A DNA stretch of 43,593 bases from Bacteroidaceae bacterium (GTDB taxonomy: Bacteria > Actinomycetota > Coriobacteriia > Coriobacteriales > Eggerthellaceae): NCBI GenBank assembly GCA_963626845.1, contig CAVFYB010000002.1, forward strand, positions 1 to 43,593, read 5' to 3'. Shown here piece after piece: positions 9,638 through 20,838 of the stretch. Numbering within the stretch: position 1 is the first letter of the stretch; every line of letters begins with the position of its first letter. Below the pieces are notes generated by a model that saw only the letters and a program-made list of their open reading frames with translations, had not been told where the DNA came from and ran no database searches. A program made the position numbers and the translations under genes.

Positions 9638-10558
9638 TTAGTCCTCCAAAGCTGCGGCGCCGCCGACGATCTCGTTGATCTCGGTCGTGATGGCGCCTTG
9701 ACGTACACGGTTGTAGACACGGTTGAGGGTTTCAATCATGTCGTTGGCATTGTCCGTCGCGTTCTTCATAGCGTTGCGACGAGCAGCCTGCTCGGCTGCT
9801 GCCGAGTCGATGAGCATGTAGAAGTAATGGCCCGCCACATACTCGGGAAGAAAGTGATCCAGAACCTCGGTCTCGTTGGGCTCGTACTCGATGGCACCGG
9901 GAATATCCAGGTCATCGGGGGTAGCCTCAGTGATACCGCCGCCCTTGCTGAACACCTCGCCCTTCGGGAGGAAGGCCTTCGGGTTCACGGGCAGGAGCGG
10001 CTGCTGGATCAGAACCTGCTCACCAGCGTTCTTCGCGTGGTTGTAGAGCACAACCACCTCGTCGATGTCGCCGTTGAGGTAATGCTCGATCGAGTAATCG
10101 GCCAGGGCATTGGATTCCTCAACGCGCGGGTCGGCAGACAGGTCGCGGAAAGCCAGGACGGTATCGATCTTGCGGTACTTGAAGTAGCTGATAGCCTTCT
10201 TGCCGCAAGCAGCAACGATAACTTCCTGACCCTTTTCCTTACGTTCCTTCATGATCTTCTCAGCACGACGGAGCACGCTGGAGTTGAAGCCGCCAGCAAG
10301 ACCACGGTCGGATGCGATGACGACGAGAAGGAGCTTCTTCACCTCGTCATGCGGCGTGGTCAGCGGAACATGGGTACCACCCATGCGCGCGATGTTGGCA
10401 AGCATCTCCTTGACAGCCTCACCATACGGCGTAGCTGCCTCGACACGCTGGGTGCTGTGTCGGATCTTGGCAGCTGCAACCATCTGCATGGTGTGCGTGA
10501 TCTGCTTCGTCGACTCGACGGACTTGATTCGCCTTTCGATATCGTGAAGGTTCGGCAT
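9638..10558 (-). CDS. atpG: ATP synthase gamma subunit
   Basis: QITHTMQMVAAAK, SDRGLAGGFN, RQGAITTEINEIVGGA. Confidence 0.98.
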   Translation of the reverse strand: MPNLHDIERRIKSVESTKQITHTMQMVAAAKIRHSTQRVEAATPYGEAVKEMLANIARMGGTHVPLTTPHDEVKKLLLVVIASDRGLAGGFNSSVLRRAEKIMKERKEKGQEVIVAACGKKAISYFKYRKIDTVLAFRDLSADPRVEESNALADYSIEHYLNGDIDEVVVLYNHAKNAGEQVLIQQPLLPVNPKAFLPKGEVFSKGGGITEATPDDLDIPGAIEYEPNETEVLDHFLPEYVAGHYFYMLIDSAAAEQAARRNAMKNATDNANDMIETLNRVYNRVRQGAITTEINEIVGGAAALED

Positions 10559-10569
10559 ACTTACCTACC

Positions 10570-12128
<1,559 letters not shown>

Positions 12129-12135
<7 letters not shown>

Positions 12136-12701
12136 TCACCTCCATCTTTCTTCTTGAGAGCGATACGAGCCTTGTCGAACTGGGAGCGAACGCTCGCATC
12201 GACATAACGGCTGCCACAGCTCATGATAATGCCGCCCTGGATAGCTGGGTCGATGTGCTCAACGAGCACGCAGTCGCGACCCAAGTTGGAAACGGCCTTT
12301 TCGGTAATTACGGTTCGCAGGTTGTCATCAAGTTCAACAACCGTCGTCACATCAACAACGTTGAAGTTGAGCTTCTCCACGATCTGCTCTTCATAGCGAG
12401 CAACCACGCGACGGAACAGGGTAGCGTCGCAGCGGGAAGCCATTACTTCAAGAAGCTCAACGACCACCGGGTGATAGCCTTCGAATACGTTGCCGGCAAG
12501 CGCGCTGCGCTGCTCGGCCGTGTAAGCCTCGTTGTCCAACGAGAGACGTAGATCGATGTTGGTTGCCATGTACCCGAGGATCTGGCGCATCTGGTTGCGA
12601 ACCTCGACGACAGCGTCACGTCCGCCGGTGGCATTGGCGCCATCGATGGCGGCGTTGGCGTAGGCTGCAATCGTTTCATTGATGACAAGACGATTAGCCA
12701 T
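12129..12701 (-). CDS. atpH: ATP synthase delta subunit
   Basis: [10 protein letters not shown]...YVDASVR C-terminal motif; lies between atpF and atpA. Confidence 0.92.
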
Positions 12702-13290
12702 TTAGACTACCTGCCTCTTTCACGTAGCGCTCGATGAGCTTGCGATGCTCGTCGTCGCTGAAATCCTCGCCGATCAGGCGAGATGCAACTGCGATGGAAG
12801 TGTCGGCCATGGAAGCCTGAAGCTCCTTGATGGCGTTTTCCTTCTCCTGCTCGATGGCCGCGCGGGCCTTGTCGATGATCGCATCCGCCTCTGCCTGCGC
12901 CTTAGCGGTGATCTCCTTCTCAAGAGCGTCACCGGAAAGCTTGGCGTTGTTGAGGATCTGCTGAGCCTGGGTCTTTGCGCCCTCAAGCTGCTCACGGTAC
13001 TCAGCCAGCAGTCGTTCGCTTTCCTGTCGTGCCTCCTCGGACTTCTCCAGGGAGTTCTTAATGGTTTCCTCACGCTTGTTCAGCATGCCCTCGAACAGGG
13101 GCCAACCGAACTTGGCAAGGACGATCCACAAGATGATGAAGGCGACGAGCATGGGAAGGAACTCTTCCATCTGAGGAAGAATTGCGCTGATACCCGCGCT
13201 CTCGTCAGCGAACGCGCAAACCGGGAATGCCGCAGATGCAGCTGCAAAGGCGATCAAGCCACTTGCACAGTTACGTACGTGTGCGTTCAA
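12694..13290 (-). CDS. atpF: ATP synthase subunit b
   Basis: FIILWIVLAKFGWP TM followed by coiled coil; TTG start after GAAGGAGG. Confidence 0.93.
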   Translation of the reverse strand: MNAHVRNCASGLIAFAAASAAFPVCAFADESAGISAILPQMEEFLPMLVAFIILWIVLAKFGWPLFEGMLNKREETIKNSLEKSEEARQESERLLAEYREQLEGAKTQAQQILNNAKLSGDALEKEITAKAQAEADAIIDKARAAIEQEKENAIKELQASMADTSIAVASRLIGEDFSDDEHRKLIERYVKEAGSLNG

Positions 13291-13349
13291 TTCGCGTGCC
13301 TCCTTCTCTTCTTTCGGTTTCTTCGTTAGTTACTTGATTTCGCGAAGTT

Positions 13350-13568
13350 CTAACCGATGAAGAAAAGAACCAGGCCGAGCAGTGCAAGTGCCTCAGACAT
13401 TGCAGCACCGATGAAGAAGTAGCCCATGAGCTGACCCTTCATCTCAGGCTGACGAGCAGCAGACACGCACAGGCCGTAGGTAGCAACGCCGATACCGATG
13501 CCAGGGCCGATTGCTGCGAGGCCATAGCCAACGACCTTCAACGCAGCGATTGCGAGAGTGAGTTCCAC
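13350..13568 (-). CDS. atpE: ATP synthase subunit c
   Basis: GLAAIGPGIGIG, ARQPE loop, conserved Glu (SEAL); GTG start with AAGGAGG RBS. Confidence 0.97.
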   Translation of the reverse strand: MELTLAIAALKVVGYGLAAIGPGIGIGVATYGLCVSAARQPEMKGQLMGYFFIGAAMSEALALLGLVLFFIG

Positions 13569-13718
13569 GATTACCTCCTTTAGTTGGACAAGGGCCTTTC
13601 CCTCGTCCTAGTTACTAAGTTCAGCTGAAGTTTTCCGTACCAGCTGTAGTACCAAAGTGTTTCGGCGGACGGGCCGCCAGCGCAAGAAGCGCGAATCCGA
13701 TTTCTTCCTACCCCTGCA

Positions 13719-14507
13719 TCAGTGAGGATGGATGGCCATGCCGATGTAAGAGGAAGAAAGGATGGTGAACACGTATGCCTGCAAGAAAGCGACCAGCGTT
13801 TCGAGCGCATACATGAAGAACAGCAGGAAGAACCATGCGATGGCGGGCAGGCCTGCGACAATGTCCATCTGGAAGATGGCGGTCTGCAGGAAGATGGTGG
13901 TTGCCAGAGAGAACACGGCGAGCACCATATGGCCGGCCAGCATGTTGCCGTAAAGTCGAACGGCGAGCGTGAGAACGCGGATGACCATGGAGAAGAACTC
14001 CAGGAACCAGATAACCGGGGCGATAGGGCCGGGCACGCCAGAGGGGCACAGCGCCTTGAAGTAATGGAAGAAGCCGAGCTCCTTCAGACCCCAGAAATTG
14101 AAGTAGACGAACGAGATAACGGCAAGCGCCCAGGTAATGGAAATGGTGCCCATTGCCGCCTTTGCGCCAGGGATAAGGCCGATGATGTTGGCGGTAAGGA
14201 TGAAGAAGAACAGCGTTGCCAAGAAGGGAACGTGCTTCTTGAAGCCCTCGCCGATAACGTCAGCGCCGACGCTTTCGGAAATGAAGTTGTAGCCGTACTC
14301 GAAGATATGCGGGAACTTGCTGTGCGGCACAAGCGTGAGCTTGCGGCCGGCGATAAGAACAAGAGCCGCCACCAGGACGAGGGCAATTGCCATGTACAAG
14401 ACGTACTGGGATACATGCCAACCCGCGATGGAAAAGACCGTTGCCGAGTCGAACTGCGACGAGAGATGCTGCGCCTCCTCGACGAACTGTGAAAGTGCTT
14501 CGCCCAT
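13719..14507 (-). CDS. atpB: ATP synthase subunit a
   Basis: TLAVRLYGNMLAGH and LQAYVFTIL motifs. Confidence 0.97.
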   Translation of the reverse strand: MGEALSQFVEEAQHLSSQFDSATVFSIAGWHVSQYVLYMAIALVLVAALVLIAGRKLTLVPHSKFPHIFEYGYNFISESVGADVIGEGFKKHVPFLATLFFFILTANIIGLIPGAKAAMGTISITWALAVISFVYFNFWGLKELGFFHYFKALCPSGVPGPIAPVIWFLEFFSMVIRVLTLAVRLYGNMLAGHMVLAVFSLATTIFLQTAIFQMDIVAGLPAIAWFFLLFFMYALETLVAFLQAYVFTILSSSYIGMAIHPH

Positions 14508-14531
14508 CTAGATTCCTTACCTTTCCGATAC

Positions 14532-14828
14532 TTACTTGGTCTTGCGCTTAGCAAGGACGTTTTTGTAAACGACATATGCAGACGTGGACACGATAAGGGC
14601 CACGATTTCAGCCACACCGAAGGGAAGGACGACTTCGCGGTTGGTTACCGCGCAGACGATAAGGGCAACAGCCACGATGATGAGCGAGACGAACGTACCC
14701 GCCAAGCCATACAAGCCAGTGCCCATAGCCGACAGAGACGCCGAACGCCGCGAAAGACGCAGGGAGACGAACAATGGGAGGAACCCTACGATCCCAGCCA
14801 CGATTCCTGCCGCCACGGGTACGAGCAT
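14532..14828 (-). CDS. Small membrane protein at the head of the atp operon (AtpI-like position)
   Basis: 98 aa with about 3 TM segments; GAAAGGA RBS before ATG 14828; directly upstream of atpB. Confidence 0.7.
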   Translation of the reverse strand: MLVPVAAGIVAGIVGFLPLFVSLRLSRRSASLSAMGTGLYGLAGTFVSLIIVAVALIVCAVTNREVVLPFGVAEIVALIVSTSAYVVYKNVLAKRKTK

Positions 14829-14973
14829 CTTGTCCTTTCTTCCGAATGCGGGCGCTGCTTTCGCCCTTTTCGACTCCAAGTAGCATATACGCATGGCCTT
14901 GGCGGCGAAGAGAGCTTCCGACAACGTGCATATTAATTGGGCGAGTGGCATTTGCTCACAAACCCAGTTGAAC

Positions 14974-15019
14974 ACAATAGCGTAGTAACGCGTTCGGGTG
15001 AACCTTTTATCGACCCGAA
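14974..15019 (-). promoter_or_regulatory. Candidate atp promoter with overlapping inverted repeat
   Basis: Minus strand TTCACC, 17 bp, TATTGT; inverted repeat TTCGGGT-N13-ACCCGAA (14993-15019) overlaps the -35. Confidence 0.35.
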
Positions 15020-15122
15020 TACGGGCAATCCGATATTTTTGTCCTATATTAAATAAATGTTTCGAACTTCTTAAACACGTTCGTTTATTCCAACACCACA
15101 AGTGTGGAACACCAGATGGTCA

Positions 15123-15590
15123 TTATTTGGTGTTTTGACCATCAAAGATGCGGATCTTGATTCCGGACTCCTCCAGAAGCTCCATCGCCAGCTCATCGGG
15201 GTACGGATTGCGGTAGATGATCTCGCTGATGCCGGCGTTGATGAGCATCTTTGCGCACACCACGCAGGGCTGGGTGGTGATGTAGATGCTGCTGCCCTCA
15301 ATATCGATACCGTAGCGCGCAGCCTGGAGGATGGCGTTCTGCTCGGCATGGAGACCGCGGCATATCTCGTGGCGCTGGCCGGATGGGACGCCGAGCTTCT
15401 CCCGTAAGCAACCGGTAACGTTGCAGTGGCGAAGGCCGGTGGGCACGCCGTTGTATCCCGTTGCCAGGATGCGCTTCTCTTTCACAATGATGGCCCCTAC
15501 CGCGCGGCGCAGGCAGGTGGTGCGCGTAGCGACCTCGTCCGCCAAAGTCATGAAGTACTCGTCCCAGCTCGGGCGCTCGTATTCGGCCAT
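15123..15590 (-). CDS. dCMP deaminase (ComEB family)
   Basis: [21 protein letters not shown] and PCVVC Zn motifs; GAAAGGAAG RBS before ATG 15590. Confidence 0.93.
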   Translation of the reverse strand: MAEYERPSWDEYFMTLADEVATRTTCLRRAVGAIIVKEKRILATGYNGVPTGLRHCNVTGCLREKLGVPSGQRHEICRGLHAEQNAILQAARYGIDIEGSSIYITTQPCVVCAKMLINAGISEIIYRNPYPDELAMELLEESGIKIRIFDGQNTK

Positions 15591-15836
15591 CGCTTGCTTC
15601 CTTTCGTTGCGGGCGTCTGTCTTCGGCAGGGGCACCCGCGTCGGCAACGCGTCTTGCGCTTGCCAGCAGCGCCTTCCTTGCAGCGGACAGCGAAAACAAG
15701 CGCACCCGCCGCCGAACAGTGTATTCCATTCGCGCGCTCCCTGCCGAGCACGCAGGCGACCGGCGCGCAAGCGGGCGGTCCCATGTAGCCAAAAGAGATA
15801 AGGGGTGGCGCTCCGCTGTCTGGGCGGACACCATGC

Positions 15837-16054
15837 TGGCAAGAAAGTGCCACAATGTACGCTCGCGCAAGGAAACACGGCCTGCTTGGCAAATTTTGCC
15901 GGGAATGCGCGCCACGACAGCGATAGTTCGCCAGCTAGCATACAAAGTAGGCGTATCTTGCCTGCGCAGCGTGTCGCAGCGCGCATTCTAGCTTTTTCTT
16001 GCCAAAACCAGCCCCTTTTTCTGCGCTGGAGCACAAAGTAGCAGTATCTTGCCA
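15837..16054. repeat. Degenerate ~218-bp palindrome made of five ~21-bp units (MITE/BIME-like)
   Basis: Forward units GGCAAGAAAGTGCCACAATGT (15838) and GGCAAATTTTGCCGGGAATGC (15888). Reverse units ACAAAGTAGGCGTATCTTGCC (15942), GCATTCTAGCTTTTTCTTGCC (15983) and ACAAAGTAGCAGTATCTTGCC (16033). Confidence 0.65.
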
Positions 16055-16120
16055 CCCCTTGCGATTGCGGATTTTCTTCCGCACGCACAAGCCCCACAAC
16101 CTGGGCATTCGGACGACATG

Positions 16121-16158
16121 ATCAAGAAAGCCGCAGGTTGAACTGCGGCTTTCTTGAT
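16121..16158 (-). terminator. glyA terminator
   Basis: ATCAAGAAAGCCGCAG-GTTGAA-CTGCGGCTTTCTTGAT, 16-bp inverted repeat. Confidence 0.8.
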
Positions 16159-16206
16159 TATCCGATCAGAGCCGTTGGCGGCTTCGCCGTTAGGGCTCCG
16201 GGGTTG

Positions 16207-17457
16207 TTAGAGCTCCGGGTACAGCGGGTGCTTGGCGATAAGGCCCTGGACCTCTTCGGCGATAGCGGCAAGGCGCTCTTCTTTTTCAGCGTTGAACACG
16301 GCGGCGGCGATGAGCTGGCCGATGCGCTTGAACTCGTCCGCATCGAAGCCGCGGGTGGTGCCGGCAGCGGTGCCCACGCGGATGCCGCTGGTTACGAAAG
16401 GCGAGCGGGTCTCGTTGGGGATGGTGTTCTTGTTAACGGTAAGGCCCACGCGCTCGAGCAGCTTCTCTGCTTCCTTGCCGGTGATGTCGGCAGGGGTGAG
16501 ATCGACGAGCACCAGGTGGTTGTCGGTGCCGCCGGAAACCAGGCGAAGCCCGCCTTCAACCATGCCCTCGCCCATTGCGGCGCAGTTGTCGACGACGTTC
16601 TGGATGTAGGTCTTGAACTCGGGCTTCAGCGCCTCGCCGAAGGCAACGGCCTTGGCAGCGATGATGTGCATGAGCGGGCCGCCCTGGGTGCCCGGGAACA
16701 CCGCGCTGTTGATCTTCTTGGCGATGGCCTCGTCGTTGGTGAGGATGAAGCCGCCGCGCGGGCCGCGAAGCGTCTTGTGACTGGTGGAGGTTACCACATG
16801 GGCATAGGGCACAGGGCTGGGGTGCAGGCCGGCGGCAACCAGGCCAGCGATGTGGGCCATGTCGATCATCAGGTAGGCGCCCACCTTGTCGGCGATCTCA
16901 CGCATGCGCTTGAAGTCGATGACGCGGGGGTATGCGGAAGCGCCGCCCACGATGAGCTTCGGCTTCACCTCGAGGGCAACGCGCTCCATCTCGTCGTAGT
17001 CGATAAGCTCGGTTTCGGGATTAACGCCATAAGGCACGATATTGTAGTTCTTGCCCGAGAAGTTCACCGGGGACCCGTGGGTAAGGTGGCCGCCGTGATC
17101 CAGGGAAAGACCCAGAACCGTGTCGCCCAGGCTGATGAGGGCCTGATAGGCTGCCAGGTTCGCGTTGGCGCCGGAATGGGGCTGCACGTTGGCGAACTTG
17201 CAGCCGAACAGCTTGCAGGCACGCTCGATGGCCAGGTCTTCCACGATGTCGACCTTCTCGCAGCCGCCGTAGTAGCGCTTGCCGGAGTAGCCTTCAGCGT
17301 ACTTGTTGGTAAGCACTGTGCCCATAGCCTGCATAACCGCAAGCGAGGCGATGTTCTCTGATGCGATGAGCTCGATGGTTGAGCGCTGACGGGAAAGCTC
17401 CTGCCCGATTGCGTCTGCTACTTGGGGATCTTCTGCTGCAATATAGTCGAGAGACAT
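16207..17457 (-). CDS. glyA: Serine hydroxymethyltransferase
   Basis: [35 protein letters not shown] (PLP lysine); GAAAGGAG RBS before ATG 17457. Confidence 0.98.
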   Translation of the reverse strand: MSLDYIAAEDPQVADAIGQELSRQRSTIELIASENIASLAVMQAMGTVLTNKYAEGYSGKRYYGGCEKVDIVEDLAIERACKLFGCKFANVQPHSGANANLAAYQALISLGDTVLGLSLDHGGHLTHGSPVNFSGKNYNIVPYGVNPETELIDYDEMERVALEVKPKLIVGGASAYPRVIDFKRMREIADKVGAYLMIDMAHIAGLVAAGLHPSPVPYAHVVTSTSHKTLRGPRGGFILTNDEAIAKKINSAVFPGTQGGPLMHIIAAKAVAFGEALKPEFKTYIQNVVDNCAAMGEGMVEGGLRLVSGGTDNHLVLVDLTPADITGKEAEKLLERVGLTVNKNTIPNETRSPFVTSGIRVGTAAGTTRGFDADEFKRIGQLIAAAVFNAEKEERLAAIAEEVQGLIAKHPLYPEL

Positions 17458-17702
17458 ATGCCGCGCTCCTTTCATATTCGATCCATCGCGTTTTACGATG
17501 CCCAACAGGGTAGCACACCCCCAACGCGCCTGCTGCCGCGACCCCGCAAACGCCATCATGGGCTCGCGAAGAGCATTCGGCGGCATTCACCTGCGAAAAC
17601 GAAAACCGAGCACCATTTTCTGGATGCCCGGCTGAAAAGCAGGTATCTATCGAATTAACGCAGGCGAAACCGAGTGGGCCCAACCTGCGCAGGACCCGCG
17701 CC

Positions 17703-18137
17703 CTAATCGAGTGCGTTGATCTTCTCCACGCGGCCCGCATGGCGACCGCCGGCGAACTCGGTGGTCAAGAACGCATCGAGGATGCGCTCGTTGTCTTCCA
17801 GGGAAACGAAGCGCCCGGAAAGCGTGATGACGTTGGCGTCGTTGTGCTCGCGACACAGCACAGCGAAATCTCGGCGGACAACGTTCGCTGCGCGGATGCC
17901 CTCGAGCTTGCCTGCGGCCATAGCCATGCCGATGCCCGTGCCGCACACCAGCACGCCCCGCTCGGCTTCGCCCGATTGCACGTCCTTGCCGACCAACTCC
18001 GCGAAATCGGGGTAGTCGACGCGCGAATCGCTTTCAGGGCCGCGGTCCAGCACCTTGTGGCCTTCGCGCTTCAAATACGCAACAAGGTCCTGCTTCTGTT
18101 CGAATCCCGCATGGTCCGATGCGATAGAGATCTTCAT
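17703..18137 (-). CDS. rpiB: Ribose-5-phosphate isomerase B
   Basis: ASDHAG, VDYPD, CGTGIGM, REHNDAN, GGRHAGRV. Confidence 0.97.
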   Translation of the reverse strand: MKISIASDHAGFEQKQDLVAYLKREGHKVLDRGPESDSRVDYPDFAELVGKDVQSGEAERGVLVCGTGIGMAMAAGKLEGIRAANVVRRDFAVLCREHNDANVITLSGRFVSLEDNERILDAFLTTEFAGGRHAGRVEKINALD

Positions 18138-18277
18138 GGCGCCTCTCCCTTTCCCGTTTGCGCACCCAAGGCAGGGGCACGAGCGCCCCGCTTCAATTCG
18201 AGCTGATTGTACTCGATGAGTGTTTCAGGGAAATGAGGAAGGCGCAACGAAACGAAACCGTATCAGTAAGCGGCTTC

Positions 18278-19771
18278 CTACGAGGAGCGAGTGCGATCGA
18301 CGCACTCGTGCCACCTTGCCATCATCCCAACGCGAGCGTCGGAATCGAGCTTCGGCTGGAACGACTGCTCGACGGCACGCAGCGCGGAAAGCTCTTCGGT
18401 TCCCTTCCAGAACCCCGAGGAAAGGCCCGCAAGGTAGGCAGCCCCGAGCGCCGTGCTCTCCACGCATTCCGGGCGTTCGATAACCGCATCGACGATATCG
18501 GCGCAGCATTGCAGCATGAAATCGTTCTTGCAGGCACCGCCGTCCACCGCCAGGGCGGAAACCCGGATCCCGGAATCGCGCTCCATGCCCTCCAGGATGT
18601 CCTGCACCTGGAACGCCTGCGCCTCCAAGCACGCGCGCACCAGGTGTGCCCGCGTTGCCCCGCGGGTCAGCCCATATATTGCACCGCGCGCCTGCGCATC
18701 CCAGTACGGGGCACCCAAACCGGTGAACGCCGGAACCACCACCACGCCGGCGGAATCGGGAACGCTTTGCGCAAGGGAGTCGGTTTCGGACGGATCGGCG
18801 ATGATCCCCAGCCCGTCCTTGAGCCACTGGATAAGGGCACCCGCCATGAAGACACTGCCCTCGAGCGCGTACTCCAAGCCCTGATGCCCCGGGGCGGAAG
18901 CGGCCACGGTGGAAACCAAGCCGTGATTCGAGCTGCAGGCGCGCCCGCCCGTGTGCATGAGCAGGAAGCAGCCGGTGCCGAACGTGGCCTTCGCCTGCCC
19001 GGGCTCGAAGCAGCACTGCGCGAACAGGGCCGATTGCTGATCGCCCGCAACGCCGCAGATGGGGATGGATCCGGCGATGACCGGATGGTCCATGAGCCCG
19101 AACGAGCCGGAAGAGGGGCGGACCTCGGGGAGCATGGCCATGGGCACGTCGAACAGCTCACACAGCCAGGGGTCCCATGCGCCCTCGTGGATGTTGAAGA
19201 GCATGGTGCGGCTGGCGTTGGTGGGGTCGGTGGCATGCACCTTTCCTCGGGTCAGGTTCCACACCAGCCACGAATCGACGGTGCCGAAGGCCAGCTCGCC
19301 CGCTTCGGCGCGCTGGCGGGCACCGGGAACCTCGTCCAGGATCCAGGCGATCTTGCTGGCGGAATAGTAGGCGTCGGGGATGAGACCCGTGCGACGCGTC
19401 ACCTCGTGCGCCGTGAATGCGTCGGCACAGCGCGCCTCCACGATGTCGGTGGTGCGCCGACACTGCCACACGATGGCGTTGTAGATGGGCTCGCCGGTGG
19501 CGCGGTCCCACACCACCGTGGTCTCGCGCTGGTTGGTTATCCCTATCGCTGCGATCTGATCTACGGAAACACCCGTGGAAACCAACAGTTCGGCCAGCAC
19601 CTTCAGCTGGCTGGAGAGGATGTCCTTGGGCGAATGCTCAACCCAGCCCGGCTGGGGGAACAGCTGAGGGAACGCACTCTGCGCCATGCCGCAGATGCGC
19701 CCTTCCCGATTTACCAGCACCGCGCGGGATGAAGTGGTGCCCTGATCGAGCGCGATGACGTAGCTGCCCAC
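18278..19771 (-). CDS. glpK: Glycerol kinase
   Basis: ALDQGTTSSR, GITNQRET, TDPTNASRT, GDQQSALF, GLGAPYWD; GTG start 19771 just after the hydrolase stop. Confidence 0.96.
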   Translation of the reverse strand: MGSYVIALDQGTTSSRAVLVNREGRICGMAQSAFPQLFPQPGWVEHSPKDILSSQLKVLAELLVSTGVSVDQIAAIGITNQRETTVVWDRATGEPIYNAIVWQCRRTTDIVEARCADAFTAHEVTRRTGLIPDAYYSASKIAWILDEVPGARQRAEAGELAFGTVDSWLVWNLTRGKVHATDPTNASRTMLFNIHEGAWDPWLCELFDVPMAMLPEVRPSSGSFGLMDHPVIAGSIPICGVAGDQQSALFAQCCFEPGQAKATFGTGCFLLMHTGGRACSSNHGLVSTVAASAPGHQGLEYALEGSVFMAGALIQWLKDGLGIIADPSETDSLAQSVPDSAGVVVVPAFTGLGAPYWDAQARGAIYGLTRGATRAHLVRACLEAQAFQVQDILEGMERDSGIRVSALAVDGGACKNDFMLQCCADIVDAVIERPECVESTALGAAYLAGLSSGFWKGTEELSALRAVEQSFQPKLDSDARVGMMARWHECVDRTRSS

Positions 19772-19773
19772 GC

Positions 19774-20829
19774 CTACTCCCCTTCCCCGGATGCGGGTTC
19801 CGGGTCGGCCTCGGCGTCGATACCGTAGATCTGCTCCATCTGGGCTTTCGACCGGGCAATCTCGCCCAGCACCATGCGCTCGGTGAACCATTCCTCCACG
19901 TCGGCGTACACAAGCGAGCGCTGGGGCTCGTTCAATATCTCGTGGCGCATATGCGGGTAGATGACAACCTGCACGTCTTCAACACCTTGGCTGCGGTACA
20001 GCTCGGCAGCGAGCTGCACGCCCTTGCCGCAAGATCCCACCGGGTCTTCGGCGCCGGCGATGAACAGCAGCGGCAGCGAGCTGGGAACCGCAGCCGCGCT
20101 CTTCTTGCTTGCCGCTTCCTGCGTAAGGTCGGTAAGGGTGGCGAACCCTCCCACGGAAAACATCTGCCCGGAAAGCGGGTCTGCTTCATAGGCATCTACC
20201 ACGCCGGGGTCGGTGGATATCCAGTCGTTGGGCGTGCGCGCATCCTTGATAGAAGAGGAAAACGCCCCCACCACCAGGGAATCCACTGCCTTCGAGCGGT
20301 ATTCACCGCCACGGACAAGGCCGATAAGACGCGAAAGGGTACGCCCCGCCAGGGAAACCGCGCGCGGCTGGTTACCCGTTCCACACAGCACGGCGCCAGC
20401 AAGACCCTCAGGATTGCGCGCCATACTGACGCGTGCCACGAAGCTTCCCATGGAATGGCCGAACAAAAACAGCGGCAAGCCCCCGTCTTCCTTCACGAAA
20501 GCGAGCGCGGCCTTGCGAACGCGCAGCACGTCTTCCAAAAGGACTTCCTTGCCCCCGCGAAGAGGCAGATTGCCCAGCTCATCAGGCGAGCCCACACTTT
20601 TGCCGTGGCCTATATGGTCGTGCCCGAACACCACGTAGCCCAGCCCCGCCAAAAAGCGCGCGAACGAATCGTAACGCTCGATGTGCTCGGCCATGCCATG
20701 GACAAGCTGCACCACGCCGCGCCTGCTGTACACCGGATCGGGCAGCCATAGCAGAACGCGTAGCCAGGACTTCCCATCGGAGGAAAGCGTGGAACTCTCT
20801 TGCCGAAGCGGATAGATAGTGCGCTCCAT
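19774..20829 (-). CDS. Alpha/beta hydrolase (lysophospholipase / monoacylglycerol lipase family)
   Basis: HGMAEH, DHIGHG, GHSMG nucleophile elbow, RHEILNE. Confidence 0.9.
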   Translation of the reverse strand: MERTIYPLRQESSTLSSDGKSWLRVLLWLPDPVYSRRGVVQLVHGMAEHIERYDSFARFLAGLGYVVFGHDHIGHGKSVGSPDELGNLPLRGGKEVLLEDVLRVRKAALAFVKEDGGLPLFLFGHSMGSFVARVSMARNPEGLAGAVLCGTGNQPRAVSLAGRTLSRLIGLVRGGEYRSKAVDSLVVGAFSSSIKDARTPNDWISTDPGVVDAYEADPLSGQMFSVGGFATLTDLTQEAASKKSAAAVPSSLPLLFIAGAEDPVGSCGKGVQLAAELYRSQGVEDVQVVIYPHMRHEILNEPQRSLVYADVEEWFTERMVLGEIARSKAQMEQIYGIDAEADPEPASGEGE

Positions 20830-20838
20830 TGCCCGCCC

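Noticed and set aside
13350..13568. Na+-translocating ATP synthase
   Set aside because: Subunit c lacks the Q...E-S/T Na+-binding signature (it reads GIGIG and SEAL), consistent with an ordinary H+ enzyme.
15837..16054. CRISPR array
   Set aside because: Units are degenerate, in mixed orientation and unevenly spaced, and there are no cas genes in the window.
15591..16097. N-terminal extension on the dCMP deaminase (324-aa ORF call)
   Set aside because: A strong RBS precedes ATG 15590 and the upstream part translates repeat/intergenic DNA. The extended calls for ecfA2, atpI, glpK, glyA and the second ecfT were trimmed for similar reasons (better downstream start).
16169..16198. Third copy of the structured element after glyA (hairpin with a GCGAAGC apex on the minus strand)
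   Set aside because: Shares only the apex and the post-stop position; lacks CCAGTCAGC, TGAAAGC, GCCAG and the companion hairpin.
17458..17702. ZMP/ZTP or glycine riboswitch upstream of glyA
   Set aside because: No consensus elements recognised; only an extended -10-like TGcTACCCT close to the gene.
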